This document shows, piece after piece, positions 1 through 14,220 of a DNA stretch of 64,000 bases. Each line of letters begins with the position of its first letter. Within the stretch, counting starts at the first letter, position 1. The notes beneath the pieces are model-generated. The model was not told where the DNA came from. It made no database searches and was given only the letters and a program-made list of their open reading frames with translations. Position numbers and translations under genes: made by a program. Source of the DNA: Octopus vulgaris (lineage: Eukaryota); contig OX597830.1 of NCBI GenBank assembly GCA_951406725.2, positions 63,054,001 to 63,118,000 on the forward strand, in the 5' to 3' direction.

Positions 1-1081
1 TTTTATGTATGGACATACTGTGACATTATGAACCAGTTCTCCTGCTAAAGGGTCAACAAGGCCTTGTGCTTCAAGGGTAACCTCATGAGAGCAGGAGACT
101 AGCAGATTAGATTGTAAATAAACAGGCAGAAAGCAATGGGAAGCTACTGCTGTATTTTACCCTGGAAAAATAATTTTTCAGATTTTGGCATGGAGGGCCA
201 TGGTTGCTAATGCCTGCAGGCATGGCCCAAGAAAAGTGATGTTAGAATCAGCTTTCTCCTAGACTGTTGATTAAGACCGTTGAGCAAATGTTTCCACTTG
301 TGTTGTGGCACAGTTGTGTGACACTTATGACCAGCTGGTATAACAGGTATGTGGTGGGTTTCTGATGTGAGATGGATATTTCCAAGATGTTTAGGTAGCT
401 TGAGTGCAAATGTATTTCTCTGTAGCAAAGAGCAATGAGTTCATCCGTCTTTTTTTAAAACACTTTATAACGATATTTCTGTTAAAATACACTGCCTTTG
501 TCTCAATTAATATTGAAAATAATTAAGAATTTATTAAAATATTACTGTCTTAATTAAACTGTTGTTTGGAATATGAATTAACATGAAATTTTAATGGATG
601 GTTTTAATTAGATCACTTCAAAATGGAAAGTTTGTACCATGGAACTGACGGCTGTGTTTTGAGAATTGGTGTCAAAAGGATGAAAAAAATTTAATTCTAT
701 TAATATCAACTCATCCGAGTTCTTTGGTTCCATGGAATAAAATATCCATTTAAAAATAATCTAAATCAAAGTTTCCCTTTAAAATTTCATGTTAATCTAT
801 GTTCCAAAAATCTGCTAAAAAAGAACAATGCTATTTTAATAAATCAAGTGTTAATACTTGTTGTTTCCTTCCATAACTGAACATTTTAAAAACCTGATGG
901 TTTCAAAAAAGGTTAAAAATCCTTGTAGTGGAGGAATACAGTCAGTACGCATTTGTCTGTTATCCATGGTTTGTTACCCACGAGCAATTGGGAACGTGTT
1001 TCAAAATACTGGAAGATTTCAACTATGAGCAGAAAGCAACATAACTAAGTACTCAACTAGTTCTGTCCTTCCACTGTTCCC

Positions 1082-2005
<924 letters not shown>

Positions 2006-2014
2006 TAATAATAA

Positions 2015-4794
2015 TGGGAAAAGGATGTAGTCAGATAAGTCATCTCCTGTTCATGGATGACTTAAAGCTTTATGCAAAAAAATGAGAAGTAACTGGAAAG
2101 TCTTGTGCATACCATTTACATTTTCTCAAATGACACAGGTATGGAACCTGGGCTGGAACAGTGTACTATTTTGATAATGAAACAGAGAAGATTTGACGGC
2201 AGACAGGGAGTTGAAATGTCAAATGGGCAAACAACAAAATCACTTGAGAAAGGACAGTGGTATAAGTATTTGGGAATACAGGTAGATGAAACAAAACATG
2301 AAGAGATGAAATAAATTGCAAGTAGGGGATATACAAGGGGAGCAAGGAAATTATTAGGTTGTCAAGTATGAAATTTGTAGTAATCTTTATGTTTTTGTTA
2401 GAAAGTTGACACATCTATTTCTTTATTCTAACTCATTTTGCACTTTATAAAGTATTTATAAATCGTTTTTTGGTATTTTTGTTTAGAGATGGATAAGTTG
2501 GAAATTTGTACAGTTTTGAAATATGAGTTCTTTCTTGGAAATACAGCATCACAGGCAGCTCAGAATATTAATGGAGTATTTCATTATAATGTTATTACAC
2601 GGCAGACAGTATCAAATTGGTTTGCAAAATTTCTTTCTGGTAATTTTGACATCACAAATGAACAATGCGATTGACCAGAACAAAGGTGGATAATGATAAA
2701 CTGAAAGCCACCGTCGAGTCAGATCCATCTGTGAATTATCAATGTTGTTTGATGTTAGCAAGCAAACAATATTGACTCACCTAGTTCAAATCGGTAAAGT
2801 GAAAATGTTGGCTAAGTGGGTTCCACATGAACTCAATAGAAATCAAAAACAGCAACGTTTGGAAGCTTGCATTATGCTACTTTCTTGTCATAAAAATGAA
2901 TCATTTTTTAATTGAATTGTGATATGTGATAAGAAATGGATCCAATACAATAACTGTAAACGTTCAGCATAATGGTTGGACAAAGACAAGCCACCAAAAC
3001 ACAGTCCAAAAAGCAAAATTCATTAAAAGAAGCTGATAGTGTGTGTTTGGTGGTCTGGCACAGGTGTGATCCATTATGATTTCATTAAACCGAGCTCATC
3101 AATCACACCCAAAGTATACTGTAGCCCACTGGACCAAATGATGCAGAAACTTACAAAAAAAATAACCTAGATTAGTCAAAGGATCCACTCCTTTTTTATT
3201 GCAAGACAACGCCAGATCACACATCACAAAAATGACTTTGGCGAAACTACAGGAGTTGGAGTTGGAAGTTCTCCATCATCCACTATACTCACCTGATCTT
3301 GCTTCCACTGTCTACCACTTCTTCCAGAATTTGGATAACTTTTTGATAGGAAAAAAATTCAATTCTGATGATGTAAAACAGGCCTTCCAAGATTTTATTG
3401 ACTCTAGATTGCCAGGCTTTTACAGTTCTGGGCTGGACAAGCAACTGCTGAAATGGCAGATGTGTATTGACGATATGGGTGCATACTTTGATGAATAAAA
3501 CTATTCCTTGTATTTATAAAACATTAAGCAAACTTTTTTTCTTTTCTATAAATTTTATATTTGACAACCTAATATTATAGTCAAGGTTGAATTCAAGAAA
3601 TGTTATTGAAACAATAAATGCAGGAGTAGTGCTGGTAATCAGATGTGGAGTTGGAATTGTGAACTGGGCAAAAGATGAAATGCAGATGTGACAGAAAAAC
3701 TAGAAAGCTGTTGACTATGTTTGGAGCCTAGCATTCAAAGGGTGATATCAACTGGTTGCACTTGAAGAGAGACCAGGATGGGAGAAGCTAAACTAATTTG
3801 GAACAGTGTGAGTGGATGGAATGAAATAGCTTACTTAATTATTTACAGGAAACTTGCTAAAGGCAGTGAATAAAGAACATGTGATCAAGACTGGAAAAGG
3901 AGAAATGATAAAAATGGAATTCAAAGAAAGCATTTTAAACAGAATGAAGAGAAATCATTGTCTGGTCAGTTTTGGAAAGCCATTGAGGATGAATGTGGAA
4001 CAAAATCCTGTTTGGCTCAAAGAAAGGCAATTGAAAAAAGAAACAGAGAGCCTTTTTATAGCTGCTCAAGATCATGCACTACAAACTAAAAATTTGTGAA
4101 AAAATGTGTATGGAGAGAATGTGTTGGTAAAATGTAGAGTTTGTGGAATTTAGGATGAAATAATGGCACATGTTGTTGCAGAATGCCTCAATTAAGTCCA
4201 AGGAGAATGGGAAAAATGGAAGAATGATGAAGTGGTAAATGTTTTATAATGGAAGCTTTGTGAAAATAATGAGTTTGAAGCAGGAAGTATATAATACAAT
4301 CACTAAATAGAAAGAGTACTTGAGTTGGAAACATGCAAGATTTTGTGGGATTTTCCCATTCAAATGGATAAGATGATGGTGCATAAAAAGCAAGATACAA
4401 CAGTAACAGACAAGGGAAATAGAATTTGCTTACTAATTGATCCTTCATGTCCATTTGATACTAGGATTGTGAAGAAAGCAGATGAAGAGTTGAAAAAGAA
4501 CAATCCCCTAAAATTTGAGATTATAACAATTCGGGAACATGAAATCTGTAACGATTGTACCTGTAGTAATTGATGCATTCGGGACTATGAATGATGAAAT
4601 AGATAAATGGATAAAGGAGATTGGAATGGAATATCTTGTAGAGCCTCAACTGAAAGTTTGCTTTTTAGGAACAGAAAATATCATCAGAAAGGTTTTGAGC
4701 GCTTGATGGCTCATTGAAATCATGTGGATATCTAAGGATAGAGGGAGTAACCTGCAACTCAGATAAAGTCTTCCTGGAATAAGACAAGCCTTGA
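2015..4794 (+). mobile_element. 5'-truncated, decayed R4/Dong-clade (RLE-type) non-LTR retrotransposon, interrupted by a mariner at 2354-3572
   Basis: RT motifs SHLLFMDDLKLYAK and YKYLGI, then LFIAAQDHAL, a CCHC knuckle (CRVCG...ETMAHVVAEC-like), and KILWDFPIQ...LIDPSCPFD (PD-D/ExK endonuclease). Many stops and frameshifts. Begins right after a (TAA)n run. Confidence 0.85.
2354..3572 (+). mobile_element. Full-length decayed mariner (DD34D) transposon
   Basis: 27-bp TIRs (TTAGGTTGTCAAGTATGAAATTTGTAG, 3 mismatches) with TA on both sides. Transposase remnants WVPHEL, QDNAR, HPLYSPDLA, with stops. Confidence 0.93.
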
Positions 4795-5110
4795 GTCATC
4801 GTCATCATTGTCGTTGTTGTCATCATCATCATCGTCGTTGTCATCATCATCATCATCATCGTTTAGCATCCGCTTTCCATGCTAGCATGGGTTGGACGGT
4901 TCAACTGGGGTCTGGGAAGCCAGAAGGCCGCGCTAGACCCAGTCTGATCTGGCAGTGTTTCTACAACTGGATGTGCTTCCTAACACCAACCACTCTGTGA
5001 GTGTAGTGGGTGTTTTTTACGTGCCACCTGCACAGGTGCCAGACGAGGCTGGCAAATGGCCATGATCGGATGGCACTTTTTACGTGCCACCGGCACGGGG
5101 GCCAGACGAG
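4795..5110 (-). repeat. RTE-LINE 3'-UTR-derived repeat with (CAT)n tail
   Basis: Reverse complement of the ggcacgtaaaaagcacc...ggaagggcatccagctgtagaaac...gatgatg family seen at 21240-21537, 22878-23108, 25190-25741 and 63255-63554. Confidence 0.85.
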
Positions 5111-5509
5111 CAATAATAATAATAATAATAATAATAATAAGTATAAATAAAAAGCCATGCAGTTCCTCTGCAGTAAGGAACCTGTTCTAACCCCTTCTTT
5201 CATCTTCTAGTATAAAGCAACCTTCCTCTCTACTGTAACCCTTCTCAGTTGAAGAGGATCTTCACCTTGTGAATTACATGGCAATCTCACTAGTGCCGGT
5301 ACATTCTGTAAAGTAGTTGGAGTTAGGATAAGCATACAGCCAGAGAAACCATGCCAAAACAGACATTGGAGAATGATGCTATCCTTGGACCTGTCAGATC
5401 CTGTCAACCATCCAATACAAACCATCATGGAAGATGGATGTTAAAAGATAAATGAATAATGAAGAAGTGGGGGTGAAACAGAAGAGGATTGCTGCTAATT
5501 GTTCATTTC

Positions 5510-5790
5510 TGAGTTCAGTGTGGCTGAGAAGTTTTGTTCTGATAGAGAAGTATTTGTCAGAGACCATGCATTAATACTTATTTTTACCAGAGTTGTGGTT
5601 TGTGGGCCTCCCTTCTGGTTTCTGTTATAGATATTTGTAACGATTTAATCACCTTGGAGCCATCTCTATGCAGACCTGTCTGAAGCAAGATCCTCCCTTG
5701 AATTTGGGATGATCTTACAGTCTTTTAAGGTTACTTTCAGTGCACCTTTGAATATTTGATATAGTGTACCAAACCAAGACTGTGTCTTTC
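5510..5790 (-). mobile_element. Decayed RTE-type LINE 3' coding fragment
   Basis: Minus-strand translation FKGALKVTLKDCKIIPNSREDLASDRSA resembles the RTE C-terminus. Confidence 0.5.
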
Positions 5791-6005
5791 ATTTATAAGC
5801 TCAGAATAGAAGATGGGACTTGACTGGTACTTTATATTGCCGACCCTGGGGAAAAAGGTCTGCTGGAAACGTTAGACTGAAGTAAATCAAGAAGAGAGGG
5901 AGGGGTGAGAGAGAGAGAGAGAGAGTATAAACACAAGGAGTTGTATGATAGCTTGAACGTAAATCGCTGCAGACTACATATACAAACATATATGTGATAT
6001 ATATA

Positions 6006-6395
6006 TGGCTGTGTGGTAAGTAGCTTGTCTACCAATCACATGGTTCCGGGTTCAGTCCCACTGCGTGGCACCTTGGGCAAGTGTCTTCTACTATAACCTC
6101 GGGCCGACCAAATCCTTGTGAGTGGATTTGGTAGACGGAAACTGAAAGAAGCCCGTCGTATATATGTATATATATGTATGTGCGTGTATGTTTGTGTGTC
6201 TGTGTTTGTCCCCCTAGCATTGATTGACAACCGATGCTGGTGTGTTTACGTCGCCGTCACTTAGCGGTTCGGCAAAAGAGACCGATAGAATAAGTACTGG
6301 GCTTACAAAGAATAAGTCCCGGGGGTCGAGTTGCTCGATTAAAGGCGGTGCTCCAGCATGGCCGCAGTCAAATGACTAAAACAAGTAAAAGAGTA

Positions 6396-6396
<1 letters not shown>
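6006..6396 (+). repeat. tRNA-derived SINE (CORE-like ccttgggcaagt), CpG-intact copy
   Basis: A-box-like TGGCTGTGTGG, B-box-like GGTTCAGTCCC, internal (TA/TG)n. Near-identical to 21979-22390. Confidence 0.9.
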
Positions 6397-6474
<78 letters not shown>

Positions 6475-6534
6475 TAAATATACATACATGTATATACGCA
6501 CACAGATACAGAAGAGTGAGTGAGCGGTGTCAAA

Positions 6535-6542
6535 TCACGTGA
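6535..6542. promoter_or_regulatory. Palindromic E-box TCACGTGA (CLEAR/MiT-TFE or SREBP-type site) 63 bp upstream of the TMEM55 ATG
   Basis: Sequence aaTCACGTGAg sits in CpG-retaining DNA next to the first coding exon of a lysosomal membrane protein gene. Confidence 0.6.
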
Positions 6543-6551
6543 GTAATTCGT

Positions 6552-6602
6552 ATGGCAGGAGGAGATAATTCTGTTGGTGTAGCGCCACATGCGAGGGTTT
6601 GA
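6552..6602 (+). other. Candidate uORF MAGGDNSVGVAPHARV* ending 2 nt before the main ATG
   Basis: ATG at 6552, TGA at 6600-6602. Only relevant if the TSS lies upstream of it, which is unknown. Confidence 0.35.
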
Positions 6603-6604
6603 TT

Positions 6605-6707
6605 ATGGCGGACGGGCAACAGAGCGAACGGGCACCTTTGCTCCTTAATAGCAGAGCAAACGACCCATCCCCACAGACACCTTCGCCTTACCAAGATAAT
6701 GTCCCAG
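6605..6707 (+). CDS. TMEM55: TMEM55/PIP4P-family phosphatidylinositol-4,5-bisphosphate 4-phosphatase, coding exon 1
   Basis: ATG in strong context (attATGG) reads MADGQQSERAPLLLNSRANDPSPQTPSPYQDNVP+G and ends at a G|GTTAGT donor (phase 1). It resembles the family N-terminus MAADGERSPLL with an ExxxLL dileucine lysosomal signal, and the phase matches exon 2. Confidence 0.85.
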
Positions 6708-6994
6708 GTTAGTTCCAAAAACCTTTCGTTTGCTTTATTATTATTTTATTATTTGTTTCTTTGTATCTTCCATTCTGGGTTTTATTTATTTTTTCCCTTC
6801 TGTTGTGTCTGCGCGATTTTATTTCTCTTTAATTGGCCTCAAATCTCTTCGAAAGAATTCTGGTCGATAGATTCACAAATAAATAAGATGGGATATATTA
6901 AAGTAATAATAGTAGTTGTACATCTTCGTCTAATCTTTTTTTTTAATATTATTAGCATGTTTATCAACTAACCATACATACGCATTCATTCATA

Positions 6995-7232
6995 TATACA
7001 CATACATTATATATATATATACACACATACATTATATATATATATATACACATACATTATATATATATATATGTGTGTGTGTGTGTATGTGTATATATAT
7101 ATATGTATCTATCTATCAATATATATATATATATGTATCTATCAATATATATATGTGTGTATGTATATATGTATCTATGTATCTATCAATATATATATGT
7201 GTGTATATATATATGTATGTATCTATCTATCA

Positions 7233-7266
<34 letters not shown>

Positions 7267-7275
7267 ATATATATC
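6995..7275. repeat. (TA/TG/TATC)n compound microsatellite
   Basis: Direct inspection. Confidence 0.95.
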
Positions 7276-7734
7276 GCATAGTTACCCTGACTGTGTGAAT
7301 TGTTTCTAATTAAATATTACAGATTGTCATATTGAAACGAGTGTATAATTAATTGTTTTAGCCGTTGAATTATTCTTTTTGGACCACGACTAAAAATGAA
7401 TGGTTTTAATTAATTTCGTTTATCTTTGCCGCTTTTCGGTTTATTCCAAATGATTTTCAGTTATTATTTGTATTATTTTGTTGTTATTTACATTTTCGTT
7501 TCGTTCTTTGCTCGACGAAGCTCTGAAAACTTCGTCACCGACCACAAATAATATATATTGGCACTGGCTGAACGAACAAAAGTAGCACTCAATACATGTG
7601 TATATCTTTATATGCGTGTGCCGTCAATTACTATCGTGAAATTTTTGTTTGTAATTGATGATGTTAAGGGGATGCGTGTATGTGTGTATATAATAATAAT
7701 GAAATTATTGTATACAGTGCTCAGGTGCACCACA

Positions 7735-8012
7735 ATGTATGTGTATATATAGATATATATGTACGCGTGTGCGTATGTATGTGTATATGTAGATATATAT
7801 ATACGCGTGTGTGCGTATGTATGTGTGTATATGTAGATATATATACGCGTGTGTGCGTATGTATGTGTATATGTAGATATATATACGCGTGTGTGTGTGT
7901 TTGTGTATATGTAGATATATATACGCGTGTGTGTGTATGTATGTGTATATGTAGATATATATATACGCGTGTGTGTATATGTATGTGTATATATAGGTAT
8001 ATACGTGTGTGC

Positions 8013-8060
<48 letters not shown>
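7735..8060. repeat. ~38-40 bp minisatellite with ACGCGT core on a (TA/TG) background
   Basis: Repeated gtatatgtagatatatatacgcgtgtgtgcgtatgtatgt units. Confidence 0.9.
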
Positions 8061-8061
<1 letters not shown>

Positions 8062-11000
8062 GTATATGGACGGGTACGCTACATGTATATGTATAATTCA
8101 TATATGCATGTGTATATAAATGTATGTTATATATTGCGTGTGTGTGTGTATATATATCTACTAATATAAATGGAAATGACAGCTCTGCTATAACATTATT
8201 ACTGCTTTTTAAATTTTCTAATATTTTAAACATTAATAATCAATAACACGAATGTGATGAAGAATTCACATCAATTTGGTGTACATACATTATACATTCG
8301 CAGATTTTCGGGGTTTTTTTTAAAGTCAAATTTCAGTAATCACAATTCAAATATACATCAAGCTAAACCATTTTATTTACGTTCAAATATCACTATTTTC
8401 GCCTGAAAAGTATTTAATTTCATTGCTGTCATCATTGTTTGTTCAGTTGATATGAATATAGATTACATATATACACATTCCGTATATCTACACACACACA
8501 CACACACGTAATGTATGTGTATGAGATTGTGCATATATATATACATATACACAATAAGGATAGGTAATGTGTGTCGTGTCTGCTGTGTGTATAGTTTAGT
8601 TAGTAGGAAGAAAGGTTGTACAAATAAGAGAATAACTATACACAGGGATTAAATGATGTCCCATCTAACCTTTCAACAGAATTGTTTTATATTTTGAAAT
8701 AAATTGCGCACACACATCCACACATATTGATTTAAATACTCAACATGGAATGAAAGAGATAGTCATGCCTTTTCTCTGGAGTGGACTTATTCAGAGAGAA
8801 AGAAAGAGAGAGTGAGGACAAGGAGAATTGAGTGAGTGGCCCCTTTTGGGTCAGACTGCTCCTTGTTAACTAATTAACAACACAAACCATTCAGTTGTTT
8901 TATATAGGCAACGAAATCCAACCATTGTTTCGTTTTTTTACCTTTATAACAACAAAACATGGCCTCATTCTTTCACTTTCCTCCTCTCCCTATATATATA
9001 TATACACCTCTGCCTCTCTACCACGCACTCGCGCACAAATATAATTGTATAATTGTTGAAATTATGGTTAAATAACAATCTCCTCTCATCTTTCACAATC
9101 GCCAATATCTATTTTCTCAAATACAGCATATTTTATAAATAATATGGTAAAATGAACGGACATGTAAGTTTGAATGTCTGAAACTATTTGCTGTGTAGAG
9201 TCTGTCTATGAAGCATTGCTCCAGGAATGTTAATGTTATATTTTCATACCATTTAGTTTATTAAAAATGCACGTAAATTAAAAGAAATCAAACGAAACCC
9301 TAATTTGCTTTCAAAATACATTTTTTAAATGAAAGGTGATGCGGAAGAATGGCACATGCTGTTGCTTTCTCTGTGTACGAGTCGCAGATTTCAAGTGTTT
9401 AAATTTTCTTGTATTTTTTTTTTCAATATCGCAGACCACTTTCATTTTCTAGTGTTTTCTGCAGAAACGGTCGGGATCTTTGCATCAGTCGCTGCTCCTC
9501 TCTCTCTCTCTTTCATTATCATCCAACGATGTTCACTTTAGATAGAGAACTCGCGTCTCCACACCAAATTCCTGGATATCGATTTTTTTTTTATGTCTTT
9601 AAAAAATATAGGGCAGAACGATCCAACATTGTAGGGAGGGCTGTTTTAGTGATGCTGTCCCAGTAATCCACCCACCTCCTGACGAAACGATGAAGGACAA
9701 TAAATAAATAATAATTTCCACCCACTCCCGTCCCTCGATAGCATTTGTAATCAGAACTTGGTGTATCGATCGATTTACTAAATAGAAACACAGACGATGA
9801 TGTCGTTTAATCCCCAAGCCAGCCCTCTCTGAAAAAACTTATGATGAAAAGCATTCTAGCCATGACCATCCTGTTTTCCCCCGGAGATAATGTATTTAGA
9901 ACTATAATACGCAATGTGTCTGTCCTTTTTAATATATGAGTAAGATATTTGAAATGAGGTATTTGGCAGCTATTTCTAGCAGGTCAAGTGACTACGAAGG
10001 AGCCTTTTTGATGGCTCGTATCTGTCTGACACGCATAATCGATTGGATCGAATCCCTACATATTATTGCTACTTATTTGTAATGAGAGATAAAATCTAAA
10101 ATCTGTATTGAGATTGAACTCGTGTCTGTAAACAATGAAGACAAATGTGATGTCTACGGGACCATCACCCAATGTCGATTCTGAATTCCTTAATTTGGCA
10201 TAGACACCGACCCTTCATCTCCCCGCCATTTCTGTGGTAAACTTTCATTAAAATTTCTTATTGTCTCTTTGTTAAAAAGACACATGTTACTTTTACGCTT
10301 CCCGGAATCCTGTGGCCTCTGCTACAAATAGCAACCAAATCTCCCTCAAATAACACCATACTATTTTACATAAGGACGTATTGGATAGCGTAGTCCTTCC
10401 ACGGATGGAATATTTTTGATTTTAGGTCGACTCTACTCGAGCAGGGTTGACCTGAGGCTATAACTAAAAACACTATCTCGAGGTGTTTTCTCCTGCAACT
10501 TCGTCACTCAAGGATGTTGTTGTTTAGATCCAAGTCATCCTTGATTAAAGATGTTCCAGATGTGACCGCTTCTCCTCAAGCTACCATATCTAAGGACTAC
10601 ATCATTATGCATTGTGTCCTTCCTTTCCTAGACAGTATTGTGTTTAAGAGAGATTTGACTGTTATTTCTGCTATACCGGAACTGTTCCGTTGTTACCTCG
10701 TATTCTCTATCAATATGATTTAAACCCGATAATGGATTAATCAGGTCTTAAACTAGAAATACCATTTACTCTACGAAACATTGTTTTGTCATGGTCCTGT
10801 CGAAGCTCCTTTTGTTTTCGGAATGGAGTGTTATCAAACGCTTGTTTTTTGCTTTGTCATTAAGCAAGCAGTTCTTTTCGCAGTTGACCCCAAAATTTCG
10901 CACACTGACGCCCGCCGTTTTTTATGTATTTATTACTTTTTCGTTTAATATTTCATATTATGACAGCAGAGCAGGAAATGACACCTGATGAATTTCTCCC

Positions 11001-11985
11001 CTTCGTGACAGCAATTAAAACCCTTCCATGCAGCAGGCAAGTAGGCAACCTGTAAGGGAGAGGGCTCCTCGTCCAACACCTCAGCCAAGCTCCAGACCCA
11101 GTCTGTATGTGCCTATTTGGCTACTATTTCTAGCAAATTAAATGATCCTCTCTAGGCAGCTCCCTTAAACGTCTCGGTCATGTATTTATTTATCTCTTCG
11201 GCCACACTCGGTAATGTATTTGTATGTGTCTGGTTTATTCCATTCACCTACACACTCAATCCACTTAGCATTACCGATGGAATGACTCATTCTTGGAAAA
11301 GTCGAAATATCCTGGGACACCTCTTTTAAAAACATAACAAAAGCCAAGAGCAATAAAACGGTTTCAGCAAACGATACATTTCCTTCCCTTGTCCCACTTT
11401 GCCCTCTCCCGAACCTGCATTTCTCGACTTGTTATTCCCTAATGTTTAGTTTCTCGGTGTTTACCCCAAAGAAAATTCCGTTACGGAAACAAAGAACAGA
11501 GAGGTTGTGTTAGAGGAATTGCCACTTTGTTTGCCGTTGCTGTTGTTTAGCTTTAGATCAATCCTATTATTGAATTTATTCCAGACGTGACTCTCACGGC
11601 TTTTACCGTACGTGCCCTTCCTTCAGTAAGTCAGGAGCGTGCAATTCAAGGGAGATTTAGCTATCATTTCTAGTATTTAGCAGGTCAAATGACGACGTAG
11701 AAATTCTTCGTTGTTCGCATGACGTTTTTGTCTTTATTTTATTAGCATAAGTAATGCGAGTTGTTTTCAACCAGGATCTGAAAGTCCATCGTGTGATCAT
11801 GCTTGCAGGGAACTCTGTTTTAATTAAATATTCTCAATGGTTTCTTAACTACGCATTTATGTGTAGGAGGAAAGAGCTGATTGCACCGACCTCAATACTT
11901 CTCCAACACAAGAAAATATTGTGCAGTTGTTACCCTGCTAGAAAATAGTCACATCTCCCTCAAGTTAAAGAAAGAAGTCGCATTG

Positions 11986-12233
11986 CAGGGGTGCCATAGC
12001 AGTATGGGTACTCGGACAGATCAATGCACTGGACCCTATTGTAAGGGTCACAGCATACATAGATCAGAATTGGGTCCGTAGACTCGAGAGGTCCCTGGAC
12101 ATATCAGTGGATTAGGCCCTATAGTGTTTATCGACAGTAAGCCACAGCATTCATAGATCGAAATTGAGCTCCTGGACCCCTGAGGCTTCCGGGTAACTGC
12201 CGCCCAGTATGCTCATTCCTTAAGACGGCTCTG
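11986..12233. mobile_element. hAT-like MITE
   Basis: CAGGGGTGCC...GACGGCTCTG termini, imperfect 8-bp flanks (tcgcattg/gtgcatta) and an internal direct repeat; it interrupts another repeat. Confidence 0.5.
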
Positions 12234-13836
12234 GTGCATTAGATAAGACGAGATGATCGCGACTAGAATGCTATTTAATCATAAGTCTACTAAAGCAGAT
12301 TTGACACAGGGCTAAACAGCAGGGACTGCTTGTTTATTTTAATGTGTCCAAAGATGAAAGTTTGTTGTCTATATCCGGCTGTTGTTTCATTTCGTAATGT
12401 TATAACAAGAAGGCACTTACATCATGCTGCCCTGCTCTGGGCGTCACGTATCAGAAATCTCCTCGTGACACACACATTATTTATTTTCTTTTATGAACTT
12501 TATTTACTTATTTTTTTTTGTTGTTCTGAATTAGGCCGCTATCGCAAGCCTAGGAGAGAAGGCTCTACCTACTTAGCCAAAAGGTTGGCTAGAAATAGCA
12601 GCCTAATCTCTCTCAAATCATACCCTTACGTCTTAACAAAGGGCATATTGGATACTAGTTATCCATGATAGGCATTAAGATCACCACTGAAATATCTTTG
12701 ATCATAAATCTGCTGAATCAGCTCTGACCTGGGACTTAATAATAACCGTGGTCACTTGACCTAAAAATAGTAAACCAAGCGGTATGCAATATTCTAGGCC
12801 TGAACAAGAACAGGATCGTCAATGCTGATATAGGTCTGACCTAGGGCTAAACGATGACAGTTTAGTTTTCATAGGACTAAATTTATTCTTCGATAGTTTC
12901 TGTCCTGTTCCTGGCTAATGATGGCGGTGGATCTCCGTCGTTTGACGAGGAGGATTCAGTTTATACGAATTACTCCCCCTTGAATTAACGTGTGTGGACA
13001 AGCATTCTGCAGACACGTGTATATCTACCTTTTAACGAAACTCTCAGGTAGAATCAGCGTGGCGGTGTGATATGGCTGTATCTTTGGAATAATTGGTACA
13101 ATCCACTTGACGGGATTCTGTACAGCTCAAGTCCACTTGATTTCACCCGCAAGTTATAGGGAATGACATTTTCCCAAGTTTCTACGAATTGGGATCGAAC
13201 GCGGGACCTTGCGTCAGCGAGGTGACCATAACCATTCGACCAAAGGGTATGCATTTGGCATACTACTACTACTACTATTAATCGTCATCGTCATTTCTGG
13301 TTTCGGCTAAAGCCTGCAGTTTTTAGGAAAGGAGGCTGGCCGACAGACACCATCGACCCTGTAGGGATCGATGTTGACCTTGGCGAAATTTGAACTTAGA
13401 ACGTAAAAGAACCGGAAGAAATACTGCAAGGCTTCTCTTTTGATGCTCTACCAATTCTTCCAGTTCACAGAATCTATTCGGTCCCTCTCTCCCTCTCTCG
13501 ACCTTCACTTCCTTAATATATCATCTTTACCGAGTCTCGGCATTGATTTTTCAATTAACTCTGTTTACTCTGCTATCATTAAGCGCAGACTTCGTCGTTT
13601 CCTTTTTGTTATTATTTGGCGGTGCTCTGGAAGAATCAGTGGTACATCCGTTGGATTGCCTTCTTATATATATTTATGGGTGTGTGTGTGTGACATTTTT
13701 TTTTTTTACGTTCTGAGTTCTAATCCTGTCGAATTCCATCTTTCTCGAGTCAATAAAATAAAATACCAGACAATTACTAGGGACGATTTGATATTTCTAA
13801 AAACATCGGAAATGTCAATGGAATTATATACGCTTC

Positions 13837-13868
<32 letters not shown>

Positions 13869-14220
13869 TAAATGGCTAAGACTGCTCCATAACTTCTCTA
13901 TATTCGGTCCCACTCAGGTCAGCTGGAGGCGATTTTATTCAGTTCTCACATTTCTGTTAATTATTGTCATAATCGCATCATTTTCGACTGGAGCAAGGAG
14001 ACTGCATTTTCTCGGGACAAAAGGGTCGATCGAGGTTTTGACGGCTATCCTGATCCAGTTTAGAAAAACAAGGGGGCTTTCAAATATATATATAACGTAA
14101 ACGTGTGTATGTGTAAACAATATACTGTTTATATTTTGTGTAATATCTCATTTCTCTGCGTGTGTGTTTACTTTTATTTTACCATACTGAAATATCCTGC
14201 ACTACCCTTGTATATAAATA

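Noticed and set aside
3199-3498. Transposase ORFs as active or domesticated genes (also 29815-30331, 36554-36787, 37452-37955)
   Set aside because: All are fragments of elements with multiple stops, frameshifts or internal deletions.
6006-6075. tRNA gene-like A/B boxes (also at other SINE heads)
   Set aside because: No complete cloverleaf; they are the heads of multi-copy SINEs.
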